Positions 27,901-40,635 of a stretch of 64,000 bases of DNA are shown in pieces; within the stretch, counting starts at the first letter, position 1; each line of letters starts with the position of its first letter. A program made the position numbers and the translations under genes. The DNA lies in the NCBI GenBank assembly GCA_965644295.1, contig CBFFRP010000002.1, positions 139,824 through 203,823 on the forward strand. The letters run 5' to 3'. The notes under the pieces are model-generated. The model was not told the origin of the DNA. It saw only the letters and a program-made list of their open reading frames with translations, and searched no databases. This DNA is from Paraphysomonas bandaiensis (taxonomy: Eukaryota > Protista > Chrysophyceae).

Positions 27901-28244
27901 TCGACTTCGATGATGTTTATGAAGGCTGTCCCACAGAGGGTGAATCCGAAGACTTTCCTTTAGATACTAGTATCAGAAACCTAGGAGATATGAAAAGAAA
28001 TCCCTTATTCGGAGAGAGTTTGGAGGGGCGTAAATCTCTCATGGGTGTCACTGGAGCCATGCAGCCTTCCGAAGACAAAATGAATGAATATCTAAAGGAG
28101 AACCCAGGAAGTGAAGACGTCGCTTCGTCATACCAACAATGTTTCCCTCTGGTTGATGATCAGGAAGATGGCTCTCATAGTTGTGAAGCTGATGAAGCCA
28201 ACCCAGATACAGAGAGTAGTACTGATAGCTTTGTGGTGGCCTAA
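6934..28244 (+). CDS. Giant type-I membrane protein (~7,040 aa): signal peptide, Cys-rich N-terminus, mucin-like PT repeats, 3 NHL-like beta-propellers, REJ/PKD-like and GPS-like region, one TM helix, acidic cytoplasmic tail
   Basis: Exon 1 6934-7012 (MSIRLILRLFFLLSGAIKASIATNNK, signal-peptide-like) splices via gtgagt (7013) ... tacag (7188) in phase onto the 21-kb ORF. REJ-like VNAPPVVGRFDVSPPSG...DPDLPLSYRF (~24990-25128), GPS-like CSVVEYATTYTTCSC (~26487-26531), TM IAFPLCVFFCILCILLVMY (~26760-26816) followed by KRR. Confidence 0.85.
8694..13410 (+). repeat. Coding tandem repeat, 87-bp unit (PTLCPTSAPSSCPSVSPTVTPTVAGDTNA), ~54 copies
   Basis: Near-identical 29-aa units seen directly; about three more copies at ~7500-7770. 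Confidence 0.95.
13590..18220 (+). repeat. Coding tandem repeat, ~168-bp unit (56 aa, PSMTPTLCPTVSPTVEPSHLPTLSPT..PSCQPS..), ~27 copies
   Basis: gaacctagt recurs every 168 bp (13812, 13980, 14148...). Related longer units occur at ~7770-8690. Confidence 0.93.
18571..22259 (+). repeat. Three near-identical ~1.07-kb domain copies (NHL-like propeller) starting 18571, 19882, 21190
   Basis: Identical blocks at 1311 and 1308 bp spacing. Motifs G.FGERDG....TFNNPSRL.YD, DGFGMDAMLAFPSSVTYD and GYRDGWAAEAEFSYPLTI resemble NHL repeats. Confidence 0.85.
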
Positions 28245-29601
28245 GGTATGTTGTTGCCCCCAGCAATAGTTATACCCATGATTGCTGATTTCTTGCATAT
28301 CCCAATATTGTGAATTTTACACATATTCTCAATTTTATTGGTATGACAGCGAGATATGTAAATACAAATTTAATTCTATGAATTGGCACCACAGAATTGA
28401 GGATGACACATTTGTCCCTGAGCGGGAATGTATGTATTTAGTTATTGTTAGCCGTTATAAATAAACAATGCAATGGCAATATCACCTAATGAATCTAATA
28501 ATTACTATATTTTCCCTCCACATTCAGTCCTCTAGATATAGGGGTTGAGCATTTCAGAGCAGAACTATCAGGATAATATATATAGCTAAGGTTGTTTTGT
28601 TACAAAATTCCTTGCTACAAATAAGGAGATCATTATGAAATAGATTGTGTAGCTTGATATATAGCTTACTGAATTCGCTACGTGCCACATTATGAAGAAT
28701 CCCCTGTTCTCTAGTATAAATCTTTCGGGTTGATGAAGTGTTGCGTAAGAAGCTCTCATACCCTTGAGCGTTTGATGGTGGAATCTTTAGCAAGGCGAAC
28801 CTGCTCGATTGATGTAATTACGTTTTCAGTGCTGTAGTGGAGTGCGACGATACTCATGGCGTGGTTGTTTAAGGTATAAAAAGTATACTACAAGTTCTTT
28901 ACGAGTGTTTTTGTGACAAGTTCTTTACGTTCTGGGTGAATAGCTGACAGAACTGAAGACTACATTGAGTAAATTCTTCATTTTCAAATATTCGCGTCCT
29001 CTTTATCGTCGTCAACTACGGCACCAAGGAGTGAACGGGCCTTTCGTTTGACCTCAATAATTACAGGTACAGATGTGTGGGATATCGTTGACCGCCTGAA
29101 GTGTGTCATAGGTATATTGCTTTGGCGACACCATAGGCGAAGTACCATCAGTCAAACAATGGAGCAGAAGCACATCACTATCGATATGTCCTGTTAGCGA
29201 GCCGGAAATTTGGCTTTCAAACCGGGTTACGCATATATTATATTACTATGACGAAACATGTTGTGATAATCAATGTTCCTGTTCGCTATCCGGTATAATA
29301 CCACATAAACACACACGTGTAAATATCGAGTAACTGTTAGCGCTTATTAGTCTACGCTTCAATTCTGGTACTCAGTATAAGGTAAAAACATCACATAGAT
29401 ATCAACAGATATATCGCATAATATCTCATTAAAATGCTATTTTTTCAGTTATGATTGAAGTTTTTAAAAACTAATCTACATTCTTAATTTCATTTGGTTT
29501 ATATATACGTTCATTGTTGACATTCATAAGTCGTTCTCTATCAAAGTTTGACATTTTATGAGGAGTGTTATCTTAACAACTGAAGGTAAACTTATAGTCA
29601 A

Positions 29602-29869
29602 TGCTGAGACTTATAAATTATGATCAATATCTCTTATCATTTACCAATTTCATGTTATCTCTACTACCACTCATTTCTCGTACGATCTTACTTTGTCACT
29701 ATAACTTGAATCATCAATATACTATATACTATACTTTTCACTACTATATACTTATCGTCATTTATTCTCACAGTACGATTAACCACAACTGTAGACTACT
29801 CGTAACGGTTATAGTTTAAATGCCTTGTAACTACAGCTCTCAATTGCTCTCATATTGCAGAACTCAACA
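29602..29869 (-). repeat. 3' LTR of the Copia element (TGTTGA...TCAGCA on minus strand)
   Basis: TG...CA termini with a short inverted repeat, adjacent PPT, and clear homology to 41175-41464. Confidence 0.7.
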
Positions 29870-31750
29870 CTCCCTCTCGATTTAAAGCTGTAGATAGACT
29901 CTTAACATCACAATGCACAACAGATGGATACGCAACCACCGAAAACCAGATTGGACAAATAGGCGAACGTATGACATACATACATACACAGTCTGCATCT
30001 GTAAAAATAAGCAATGCCAAAGTTCTTACCACTGAAAGGAATACCTTTCCGCACTGTTCCCCTAACGTACTGTAGATGAGATGCCACTGTCTGCTGATTA
30101 TTTCTGTGCATGGCATCAAGAGGTAACAGAGATTTTGGGTATTGGTTGCAGGTCCAACGACTCCGCATTGGTCAAGTTGGATGTAATCCTGGTTCTCAAG
30201 TGACGCGAACATTCAGAATATCTGTTATGTAAAGCGTTCACAAACGTGGCTTTGATAATATTAAGATCAGCACATGCGCTAACAATATCATCCACATAAA
30301 TTGCGATACACTTTGTGTCCTTTATTAGCATAGTATTTCAAGAATTTAATTTATCGTTTTACAACGTGATCTATCTGGGCGAACTACGAATCCCGGTTAG
30401 AGATTTCTTCAGTTTGAAACAATGTCCAGGTGGTCCAATATGAAAATCTGGGGTCGGATTCATGTAAACATCACCATAAATATATCGGCGGAACAGAACG
30501 CACGGGATACATCGAGCTGATGCACAAACATATTGAACTCTAGAGCTAAAGCCAAAATCAAACAAACAGTGATACTTTAAACCACTGGAGCAAATGTATT
30601 CTCAAAATCTACACCAGACTGTTGACCATATTATCCCAGTGCCATGAATCGTGCTCTATGGAGCCATCGTTGTTATACTTTTGTTTATACACAATGTGTA
30701 GCGAGATTTGAGAGGTCTAGCTCCAGCTGGGGTCTCAACTACGTCAAAAAGAGTACATTCCGTTCTGACTGTCGAGCCTCCTTCCATTTGTTCGCCTCAC
30801 TGCGCTGGAGAGATTCTTTGTAAGTCTCAGACTCTCTAAAATCAGACAGGTCAGCAATCAATGAGTCATCATTTGCCTTAAACATGTTTACAGCGTCTTC
30901 CCCACACAGAGTGGACACATTGGTCAGCCGGGTTAACAGTTTGACTGCTAGAGGGACATACACTGGTCTCTCTAGACGTTGTGCAAACGCTTCTCTCGGG
31001 TAAGGCACATGGAGCCTCAATCCCTGATGAATCATTCGCCGTAAACCATTCGCCGTAAACTGTTTTGAGTGTCCCTCCCAGCCGGCATCGATCGTGTCCA
31101 CTCTGGGGGTATGTGTTATCTTAAGTAATTGAACTCTTCAACCTTTCAAGCAATTGGGGCATTCTGGACTAACGCTGCCACAGTTACTCCCGTACCCTTT
31201 TAAAGTATCCGGTCTGTGCCTTCACTTTTTGGAATGAGGACATAGGCCTAAGTTGCACCCCCAGCAACGCAGCCTCGATAAGCAGGGACGGAACCTCCAG
31301 GGATGCACTCTATCGGAGACATCCACCAGCCCTTGTAGGTATATGTGTCAGCAATCTACGAAGAATCCAGCATGCATGTGCATACGAATCCCACCAGAAA
31401 AGTAGCTGGTATTCCCGAGTCTGATAATATAACTAGTATCATTTCTCCTAGGGTGCGAAACCGTCTCTCAGAAATAGCATTAATATCAGGTGAGTCTGTG
31501 GAGCTCCATGTAACTTTGATCCCGAATTTTGTCATAAGATAATACTTAAGAGACTTTTATCCAGTAGTTCCGTTCCTCTATCTCTGCGTGATATCTATTC
31601 TAACGGTGTGTCCCGGGATACGTGGGAAGCTTGCGCTCTACCCAATCTTTAACCTTTTGTGTAGCACTTCTGTAGCGTTTCGAGTGGTTATAAGATACTT
31701 CCAATTCCTTTGTAGCTAATAAGTGATCCCTCAGGCGATGCCAGTAGTAA
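29602..31750 (-). mobile_element. Degenerate Ty1/Copia LTR retrotransposon (integrase-RT-RNase H remnants plus 3' LTR)
   Basis: Minus-strand fragments SPDINAISERRFRTLGE (integrase), GVDFENTFAPVV, VYMNP...FKLKKSLTGIRSSPR, IYVDDI (RT) and FTDAD (RNase H), in Copia order, with frameshifts. Polypurine tract GAGAGGGAG abuts TGTTGAG; LTR 29602-29869. Right boundary approximate. Confidence 0.85.
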
Positions 31751-31896
31751 GTCCAAGTCGTGCATCAAAGGCGATCCACGACTGCTGAAGGGTCGAACCA
31801 AGCAATTGTCACCTTCAGTGGACTTCTACTCGCAACTGCAGTCTGAAGCCGACAACTGAATTCTGTGATATCGAGAAGTTATCGAATACGAAAAGT

Positions 31897-32960
31897 TCAA
31901 GCGGGTAGGGAAGTCCCGCACCATTTTTCAATCGCAGTATGTTTTTTGAGATCTAAACTCCCGTAGCCTTGGTAGATATCAGGTTGGCTGCTGCTTCTGC
32001 TTTTTGGAAACGAGCGCATACCGAGAGGGGCAAACGCTGGGTCTGAATATTGCGCTTCCCTGAATGAAGTATATTCGCTTTTAGCAGGTATATTCAGATG
32101 GTTCAATGCTGCAGCATCAGCGATCCTTCTGTCTACACACTACTGCGCTGCCCAGAAGTCAGGACGCATAAAATATTCCCAAATTAGCAATAAGCAGCCC
32201 CGGAAATCATGGGCGAAGACATGAATGTCACTGCCTTCTCATGTACCACACAACTGGTCAAGTTTCACAATCACTCAGTCCTTTCTCGTGCAGTTTTTCC
32301 AAACCTTATACGCTGCGCGCGGTACTGATCACTTACGGACGATGAGCACGTTGACACAAGAAAGTCTCCAGTGGCTAATATATCTGGCTTAAACCTTCCG
32401 TCAAAAGTAGGTCCAATAGATCCATAGATCGACACTATTGGGATGGGGAAAGCCAAGTCATTGAACACGTTCCCATGCATGCACAGACTGTTTCTCGCAT
32501 TAGCAAGTGCACCAATACTCCCCCACCCTCAAAACCCTCCTTTAGCCGACGCTAACACCACCATAAAATCCTGATTTTTCGTATAGATAAGCATCCATAC
32601 ATGCTGCTTCTTCCTCCCGCCCAGCTGTTACTGTACACCCGTGTACCCGCGGCATATGCGGTGCGCACGCGTGGTATTAGTAAGAAAAGGCTATCTTCGC
32701 ACCAGCGGCTACACTATTCACATCTGAAAATACACCCAGCGATGCCCCTGCCAGTGTTCCAGCTGTATATGTACCATGCCTACCCTCACTATCCACGGGG
32801 TCCGCATATGGTACGTACTGTATGACCTTTTGCCTGATCAGAACAGAGTAAGGCTTAAACCATGCTGATGATAATGGATGTTTTGTGGGTGGTATATTTG
32901 GACATCGAGCAAATGAATGCCGTCATCGAGCTCAAGTCTACTGCATGATGTATGGACTGC
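31897..32960 (-). pseudogene. Subtilisin-like S8 serine protease (KP-43-like) pseudogene
   Basis: Minus-strand fragments in shifting frames: HGTYTAGTLAG (catalytic His), AYAAGTRVYSNSW, GPTFDGRFKPDILATG, TFMSSPMISGAA (decayed GTSMA-P Ser motif), YQGYG. Confidence 0.8.
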
Positions 32961-33054
32961 TGGATGATATGAGCGAGGTATCCTGATATCCATATGAAGG
33001 ACACTGCACTGCTGTATCTGCCTACACAGTACACACTATAATACATAGAATACC

Positions 33055-33507
33055 GTATGTATGTATGTATGTATGTATGTATGTATGTATGTATGTATGT
33101 ATGTATGTATGTATGTATGTATGTATGTATGTATGTATGTATGTATGTATGTATGTATGTATGTATGTATGTATGTATGTATGTATGTATGTATGTATGT
33201 ATGTATGTATGTATGTATGTATGTATGTATGTATGTATGTATGTATGTATGTATGTATGTATGTATGTATGTATGTATGTATGTATGTATGTATGTATGT
33301 ATGTATGTATGTATGTATGTATGTATGTATGTATGTATGTATGTATGTATGTATGTATGTATGTATGTATGTATGTATGTATGTATGTATGTATGTATGT
33401 ATGTATGTATGTATGTATGTATGTATGTATGTATGTATGTATGTATGTATGTATGTATGTATGTATGTATGTATGTATGTATGTATGTATGTATGTATGT
33501 ATGTATG

Positions 33508-33538
<31 letters not shown>

Positions 33539-33641
33539 GTATGTATGTATGTATGTATGTATGTATGTATGTATGTATGTATGTATGTATGTATGTATGT
33601 ATGTATGTATGTATGTATGTATGTATGTATGTATGTATGTA
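33055..33641. repeat. (GTAT)n / (TATG)n microsatellite, ~146 units
   Basis: Seen directly; one substitution near 33538. Confidence 0.98.
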
Positions 33642-33790
33642 CGTGTATATGTTCTGTTATATAACAGTTATATGGGTAGTGTATGTTGTTTCTATTATTG
33701 TCCAGTACCTTATTAACTCACCACCCTTTTAACACAGCACACTAACCGAACCTCTTATCTCCCTCGTATCCCCACCTCACTCCTCTCATT

Positions 33791-36112
33791 ATGCTCAGTC
33801 CTCATAAAACAGAAGCCGAAGACACAGCTTCAATCACTTCGACTTCACATGAAAGTGATACAACTGTGACTTCGACTTCTAATTCAAGTTATGCATCTTC
33901 AATCGATGAAGTTCAACTTAAAATCAATCAAATGAAGAGACATAATAAAAAAAAGGGACAAACATCTAAATTAATGGCGAAATATAAGGCACATTTAACA
34001 CCTGAACAAAGAGCACAAAATGAAATGAATAAACGTATAGATCAAGGCCTAAGACAAGTCCTTCATCTTCATACACCTGTTGAGTTATCATCTATATGTG
34101 GGGTATTGAATCTTCCAGCATTGCAGCGTGCGAGTGTATCAATTGATCAAATTATTAATTTTTGTAAACAAGAGAATGAATTTTCTGAAGTTAGAATTAT
34201 GAAAGCTGTTAATAACATGTGGGAAGGAGCCTTATTTGAGTACCTTAAATCGATCGGGCATCCACAGAAGACATGTTTGCCAGATCCTAAATTAGCGGTG
34301 ATGAAAATATGGCGTCGTGGGGGTTTTCATGAGAGTGAAAGCGATACATTTACTCCTCATTATATACAAAAAAGAGTGTTAACTCGACATGATACTGACC
34401 AGGCGGAAGATATTGCATCACGTTCAGCGAAGCTGAAGGTAGGAGAATGAGTATAAGAAGCTGAAGTGGTGATTGTGTGTATAGGTGATGGAGAATGCCA
34501 TGAAACATGTTGAGCGAGAGTTGTTTGAAGAGCATGATTACACGAATGCTCTGCGCTATTTCCAGCAGCTGGGTGAGGGATGTATATAGATGTGTGGTAA
34601 CCCTGTGTATTTGCGTACTAACATAACTAGATCTTTATTAGCATTGACTCAACTTTTATCCTCATGTAGGTGAGATCCGTAAAACCGAGACCGATTTCAG
34701 GGATTACCTTATTAACAAGTTAGAATTATGCCGCTCCGAGTTGAGTCGAGCAAACTCCAACAAAGACCTAGCCACGGAAATGCTTGCCGAGGGAGAAGAT
34801 AGGTACTGTCCTATTGACAATGGACTTCGTTTTAGGCTTTAATTACCATCTAATCTCTTCTAATTTATTTTACTGTTCTATTATGCCACACTGTATCTTA
34901 TGCACGATTTCTTGCATATTTAGAAGGTCGTTGTGTGTGAACGTATACGTAATGAACCTATGCATTGTGTGTAGTAGTATGTGCGTTTGAACATTATGGT
35001 AGGTTTGTGTCTGGCATGGAGATCCTAAACGACCAGTTAGCCAACTATGAAATCGCCGTCCAAGATGAGATGCAGGCTCGATACCGCATGGATTCAGAGC
35101 TGGTGTCCCTTGATCACACCATCAAGAGCTATGCCGCAAGTCGTAGCAATCAAACCATGGCAGTTCTCAGTGCCCCCGCTGAAGATAAATATAATGCATA
35201 CGTGGACTTTCAGTGCGAGGAAGAAGCTGCTGTGCGAGAGATGCCCCATATAGAGAGGTGAGATGATTTTTGTTAGGGCCGCATAGAAAATCTTCTGTTG
35301 TCGAAGGGTACAGTAATTTGATGGTTATTACTTGTTTTATCATTTGTAGTGTTTGTAATTGTATTTTTTTGTATAGATACAACTCACATATACGGAGCAT
35401 ATACAACACACTTTTACAGTACCGATCCAAAGTTGAAATCGATACGGCCCATACACTTCGCCTGGTTAGCTCGCAGCAAAACAAAATATTTGACCTGGAA
35501 GAGCAGATTCGTCAGTTGCATAAGGACGTGGCTAGAGAGAAGCAGAGAGGCGACGATGCGCTGGACGCTTTACAGAGTGCGCATAATGAGATACGGTGGT
35601 GCGCTAAAAAGTTCATACATATGAAGACAGAGAACGACGCGGTCCGCAGAGAGGCGTGGCGATCGTCAATTCGTTGGAGTGGACGATGCAACTTCCTCGA
35701 AAAGAAAATTGAGCAGTTGCGGAGTGTGGTTCGTACTGGAGTTCAGACACAAGACAAACTTGTAGTATCAATGTGTCGAGCCATCAATAACGTTCTCTCT
35801 ATTGTTCCCCCTGATGATCTCTCAGAACTTTACGAGATTGCAGCCATGGAACTTGAGGATCGTTTGAGTGAGGAAGTCAGGCAAGATGAGGTCAGGGCTT
35901 CACTGGCATCATCTGGGAAGAAAGGAAAGAAGGTTAAGAAGGGAAAGAAAGTTACCAGTAAAAAAGGCACAGCAAAGAAAGGGGGATCAAGTAAGAAAGG
36001 GTCGTCTAAAGCTTCTAAAGGATCTGGAAAGTCGAGTGATAAGAAAGGAAATGACAAAAAGAAGGCAGCTGCTAAAAAAGCTCCAGCAAAGAAGACTGCG
36101 AAGAAGAAGTAG
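33791..36112 (+). CDS. Uncharacterised coiled-coil protein with Lys/Ala/Ser-rich C-terminal tail, 5 exons, ~619 aa
   Basis: Exons 33791-34438, 34485-34572, 34670-34802, 35003-35257, 35377-36112 join in frame across GT-AG introns; ends ...KKKAAAKKAPAKKTAKKK. Confidence 0.75.
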
Positions 36113-37928
36113 TGTAAATTGGAGGAGTGGTATATGTGATCTGTAAACTTGTGTGGTTATCGTCTATGTAAAATAAGTGTAGAAATAATTCAGTAATTAA
36201 GTGTCTATATATGTTATAGTAGTTAATATCTGTTTATTTAGCAATAGGCGTTAGTCAGAACCAGATTTGTAACTAGATGAAGATAAGCATCTACCATTTT
36301 CTAGCTAGAGCAAACTCTGGTATTCTATTATTGCTTGTGCGTCGCATAAGGCACTGATAGAATTTGACATTTTTCTAAATTTAACTGTGCTCTACACGTA
36401 AACCTTAATCTTGCTTGTTCAACACAAAGCACTTACAAGTAAGAAATAATAATTATTAATTTGAACACTTCACTACATATTCATTTAACATCTGGTAAAC
36501 ATATGTTCTCAGCAACATCTGTTTATCATATGTTCACTAGTCACCCCTATATCTTATATAGTCACACATCAGTAACTGAATTTAACTCCTTTGTAACCAT
36601 AATCACCCATTTTCCCGTTATACCTTCGAGTTGACTTCACATATTGCACACACTTAACTCACTTTTATAGCACAATATATATCATCACATACATCATATT
36701 TCAGAACTCAACAAGCATCAAAGTGTGACCATTCTCGCTATATTTATATATGTGTATATAGGGGACGTTGTACGACGTACAGTATGACAAGTGAAAGCAG
36801 TGATCTAAGTCTACTACTACCACACTGGAACACTTAAGACTACACATACATACAATTTGCATCTAGAACAGCCTTATGTGCCTCACGGCAGGCACCAGGG
36901 AAGCAGAAATGTACCCTTCTCAGTTTGGCAATCTGGTGGCCTTCCCTTAGGTGTTGTGCCAAGTGGCTCGAGGTATGTGGATGAAGGTCTTGCAAAAGGT
37001 GTTGATCTACTGTGTAGAAGCGTCAGAATCGGCTCTTCTGCTGTTTTAGCCAGTAGCAGGAAACTCATGGAAGAAAGAGGATAGTTGGACACCATGGGCA
37101 TACGCGGGTTCTCCGGTGTATCCAGCAACAGGGAGTCGAGAGGGAGTGTGATGGTACAAGTGAGGCAACATCTGATTGAGGAGTGCGAGCACAAGGGCCG
37201 CCAAGGTCGAATACTCTGATAGATCTATGCACGATATGAGAATGATTGTAAGTAGAGACTCGGACGTCCTCAGCTGCTCTTTGTGTGTGTTAGTGCAGGG
37301 GGGTACAGGCTGAGGCATAGTGTGTGTGTGGAAGAGAGGAGAGAAGACAGTTTATATGGAGGTTTTCGAGGAGGTAGAGTGTAAAGTGCGTATGTAACAG
37401 TGCAGTTGGGTTATATATGTGTGTTAGATGATCGTGTGTCAATGTGTGTGTAGTTTGCTGCCTCTCTCTCCTATAGAGGAGATCATACATGTACACACAC
37501 TGCACTATACCCCACTACTCTATATTATTGGGGTAAACCGTATGAAACAAATACCGTTTTTTTAAATATAGAAAGCTCTTGTTTTTAGGGTAAAATGAGT
37601 AAAAATGATTAAAAAATGGGAGAAAAAAATATTCTCTAACCCTTTAAAACCAGGGGGAATAGTGAGTGGTGATGATGAGTGATACTTTCTTTCTCTTGTT
37701 TCCAAGAAATGGCCCCAGCGTGGGACATCCGTGTGTGGGAAAAAGACGACAAGGCAAAAATCTAGAAATCGCCCTTTTTCGTTGTTTGAGTATATAATAT
37801 ACAGTGTATTGATCATCTAGAAACCTGGGAGTTTTTGCCAGGTGGACTTTTTCTCATAAAAGAATGTCTGTTTTTGTTGTGCCTGGTGTGTGGATATTTC
37901 CCATCCATGGTGCTCTATGTGTGTGAAT

Positions 37929-38948
37929 GTGTATGTATGTATGTATGTATGTATGTATGTATGTATGTATGTATGTATGTATGTATGTATGTATGTATGT
38001 ATGTATGTATGTATGTATGTATGTATGTATGTATGTATGTATGTATGTATGTATGTATGTATGTATGTATGTATGTATGTATGTATGTATGTATGTATGT
38101 ATGTATGTATGTATGTATGTATGTATGTATGTATGTATGTATGTATGTATGTATGTATGTATGTATGTATGTATGTATGTATGTATGTATGTATGTATGT
38201 ATGTATGTATGTATGTATGTATGTATGTATGTATGTATGTATGTATGTATGTATGTATGTATGTATGTATGTATGTATGTATGTATGTATGTATGTATGT
38301 ATGTATGTATGTATGTATGTATGTATGTATGTATGTATGTATGTATGTATGTATGTATGTATGTATGTATGTATGTATGTATGTATGTATGTTGTATGTA
38401 TGTATGTATGTATGTATGTATGTATGTATGTATATGTGTATGTGCGTGTGTATGTGTATGTATGTATGTATGTATGTATGTATGTATGTATGTATGTATG
38501 TATGTATGTATGTATGTATGTATGTATGTATGTAGGTATGTATGTAGGTATGTATGTATGTATGTATGTATGTATGTATGTATGTATGTATGTATGTATG
38601 TATGTATGTATGTATGTATGTATGTATGTATGTATGTATGTATGTATGTATGTATGTATGTATGTATGTATGTATGTATGTATGTATGTATGTATGTATG
38701 TATGTATGTATGTATGTATGTATGTATGTATGTATGTATGTATGTATGTATGTATGTATGTATGTATGTATGTATGTATGTATGTATGTATGTATGTATG
38801 TATGGATGTATGTATGTATGTATGTATGTATGCATGTATGTATGTATGTATGTATGTATGTATGTATGTATGTATGTATGTATGTATGTATGTATGTATG
38901 TATGTATGTATGTATGTATGTATGTATGTGCGTGTATGTATGTGTGTG
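37929..38948. repeat. (TATG)n microsatellite, ~1 kb, interrupted
   Basis: Seen directly; ends ~90 bp before ATG 39037. Confidence 0.97.
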
Positions 38949-39036
38949 AACTCTTCTCATTCTTCTTCTGCTGTATGCTGTACATACACACTCTGCTCTG
39001 TTAGCCTCATAATCTCATCGAATTATCAGTGTTGAC

Positions 39037-40635
39037 ATGTCGAGTATATCTGATCTTAACGATGATGTGTTGCGTCTCATCTTCTCTATGATCCCACACT
39101 CAGCTCTCCTTCCTGCGATGATGACTTGTAGGAGATTTCACGATACGGTTTACACTGATATCATGAGAGACAAGAGCAGAGATGAGTGGAGATATAACAG
39201 GAGATATAACACGAGAGATGAGAGGAGAGATGAGATGAGAGTTAGGTCTCATGCATCTCACTACTGTATGACTAACGCAATGGTCTCATGGGCTCTGTCT
39301 ATGGGCTGCCCACAGCGTGTGCTTTCATATAGCTGTGCACTACACGGCAGACTACAGCAGCTCATACATCTCAAACATACCGCCCTTCACAATGATACGA
39401 CCACACAGGAACCGCTACACCAATCAGATATACGGAATGATATTGCTGTACAGGGTAGCCAGGTTAAGATGTTGCCTCCTTCACCGGACCCTCCATGTCC
39501 ATGGGGTGAAAGGACTTGCTGCGCTGCTGCAAGAGGTGGACACTTGGATATTCTGCAGTGGCTTCGTTCACAGGACCCTCCATGTCCATGGGATGAAAAT
39601 GCTTGCTATGCTGCTGCTTCTTGTGGACAATTGCATGTTCTTCAGTGGCTTCGTTCACAGGACCCTCCATGTCCATGGAGTGTATGGACTTGCCAGGCTG
39701 CTGCTTTTAGTGGGCACTTAGATGTTCTACAGTGGCTTCGTTCACAGGACCCGCCATGTCCATGGAGTGGAGAAACTAGCCGTGCTGCTGCAGGAGGTGG
39801 ACACTTGGATGCTCTGCGGTGGCTTCGTTCGCAGGACCCTCCATGTCCATGGGATGAAGATACTTGCCGTTATGCTGCTTATAGTGGACACTTGGATATA
39901 CTGCAGTGGCTTCGTTCACAGGACCCTCCATGTCCATGGAATGCAAGGACATGTTGTGATGCTGCAGAGTTTGGACACTTAGATGTTCTGCAGTGGCTTC
40001 GTTCACAGGACCCTCCATGTCCATGGGATGAAAATACTTGCCAGGCTGCTGCCGAGGGTGGGCACTTGGATGTTCTTCAGTGGCTTCGTTCACAGGACCC
40101 TCCCTGTCCATGGGATGAAGATGCTTGCTCCGCTGCTGCTTTTGCAGGACACTTGGATATTCTGCAGTGGCTTCGTTCACAGGACCCTCCATGTCCATGG
40201 GATGAATATACTAGCCGTGATGCTGCTTCTGGTGGGCACTTGGATGTTCTACAGTGGCTTCGTTCACACGACCCCCCATGTCCATGGGATGAATGGGCTT
40301 GCCGTAATGCTGCTTCTGGTGCATATTTGGATGTTCTGCATTGGCTTCGTTCACAGGACCCTCCATGTCCATGGGATGAATATACTTGCTATGCTGCTGC
40401 AGAGGGTGGACACTTGAATGTTTTGCAGTGGCTTCGTTCACAGGACCCTCCATGTCCATGGGATGATGATTCTTGCCAGACTGCTGCAGAGGGTGGACAC
40501 TTGGATGTTCTGCAGTGGCTTCGTTCACAGGACCCTCCATGTCCATGGGATGAAGATTCTATCCGTGCTGCTGCTTCTTCTCGACACTTGGATATTCTGC
40601 AGTGGCTTCGTTCACAGGACCCTCCGTGTCCATGA
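39037..40635 (+). CDS. F-box-like + 29-aa ankyrin-repeat protein, copy 1 (13 repeats before a nonsense codon; repeat frame continues to 40929)
   Basis: N-terminal ISDLNDDVLRLIFSMIPHSALLPAMMTCRRF fits the F-box pattern L.DL..DVL..IF......L......VCR.F. Repeats WDExTCxxAAxxGHLDVLQWLRSQDPPCP. No introns. Confidence 0.8.
   Translation: MSSISDLNDDVLRLIFSMIPHSALLPAMMTCRRFHDTVYTDIMRDKSRDEWRYNRRYNTRDERRDEMRVRSHASHYCMTNAMVSWALSMGCPQRVLSYSCALHGRLQQLIHLKHTALHNDTTTQEPLHQSDIRNDIAVQGSQVKMLPPSPDPPCPWGERTCCAAARGGHLDILQWLRSQDPPCPWDENACYAAASCGQLHVLQWLRSQDPPCPWSVWTCQAAAFSGHLDVLQWLRSQDPPCPWSGETSRAAAGGGHLDALRWLRSQDPPCPWDEDTCRYAAYSGHLDILQWLRSQDPPCPWNARTCCDAAEFGHLDVLQWLRSQDPPCPWDENTCQAAAEGGHLDVLQWLRSQDPPCPWDEDACSAAAFAGHLDILQWLRSQDPPCPWDEYTSRDAASGGHLDVLQWLRSHDPPCPWDEWACRNAASGAYLDVLHWLRSQDPPCPWDEYTCYAAAEGGHLNVLQWLRSQDPPCPWDDDSCQTAAEGGHLDVLQWLRSQDPPCPWDEDSIRAAASSRHLDILQWLRSQDPPCP

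Noticed and set aside
28500-29600. Possible transposon debris, including a 14-bp direct repeat ACAAGTTCTTTACG near 28889 and 28915
   Set aside because: No termini, TSD or protein motif that I could identify.
36857-37318. Overlapping short ORFs with coding-like GC content
   Set aside because: No recognisable motif or consistent splice model; may be a decayed gene but cannot be supported.
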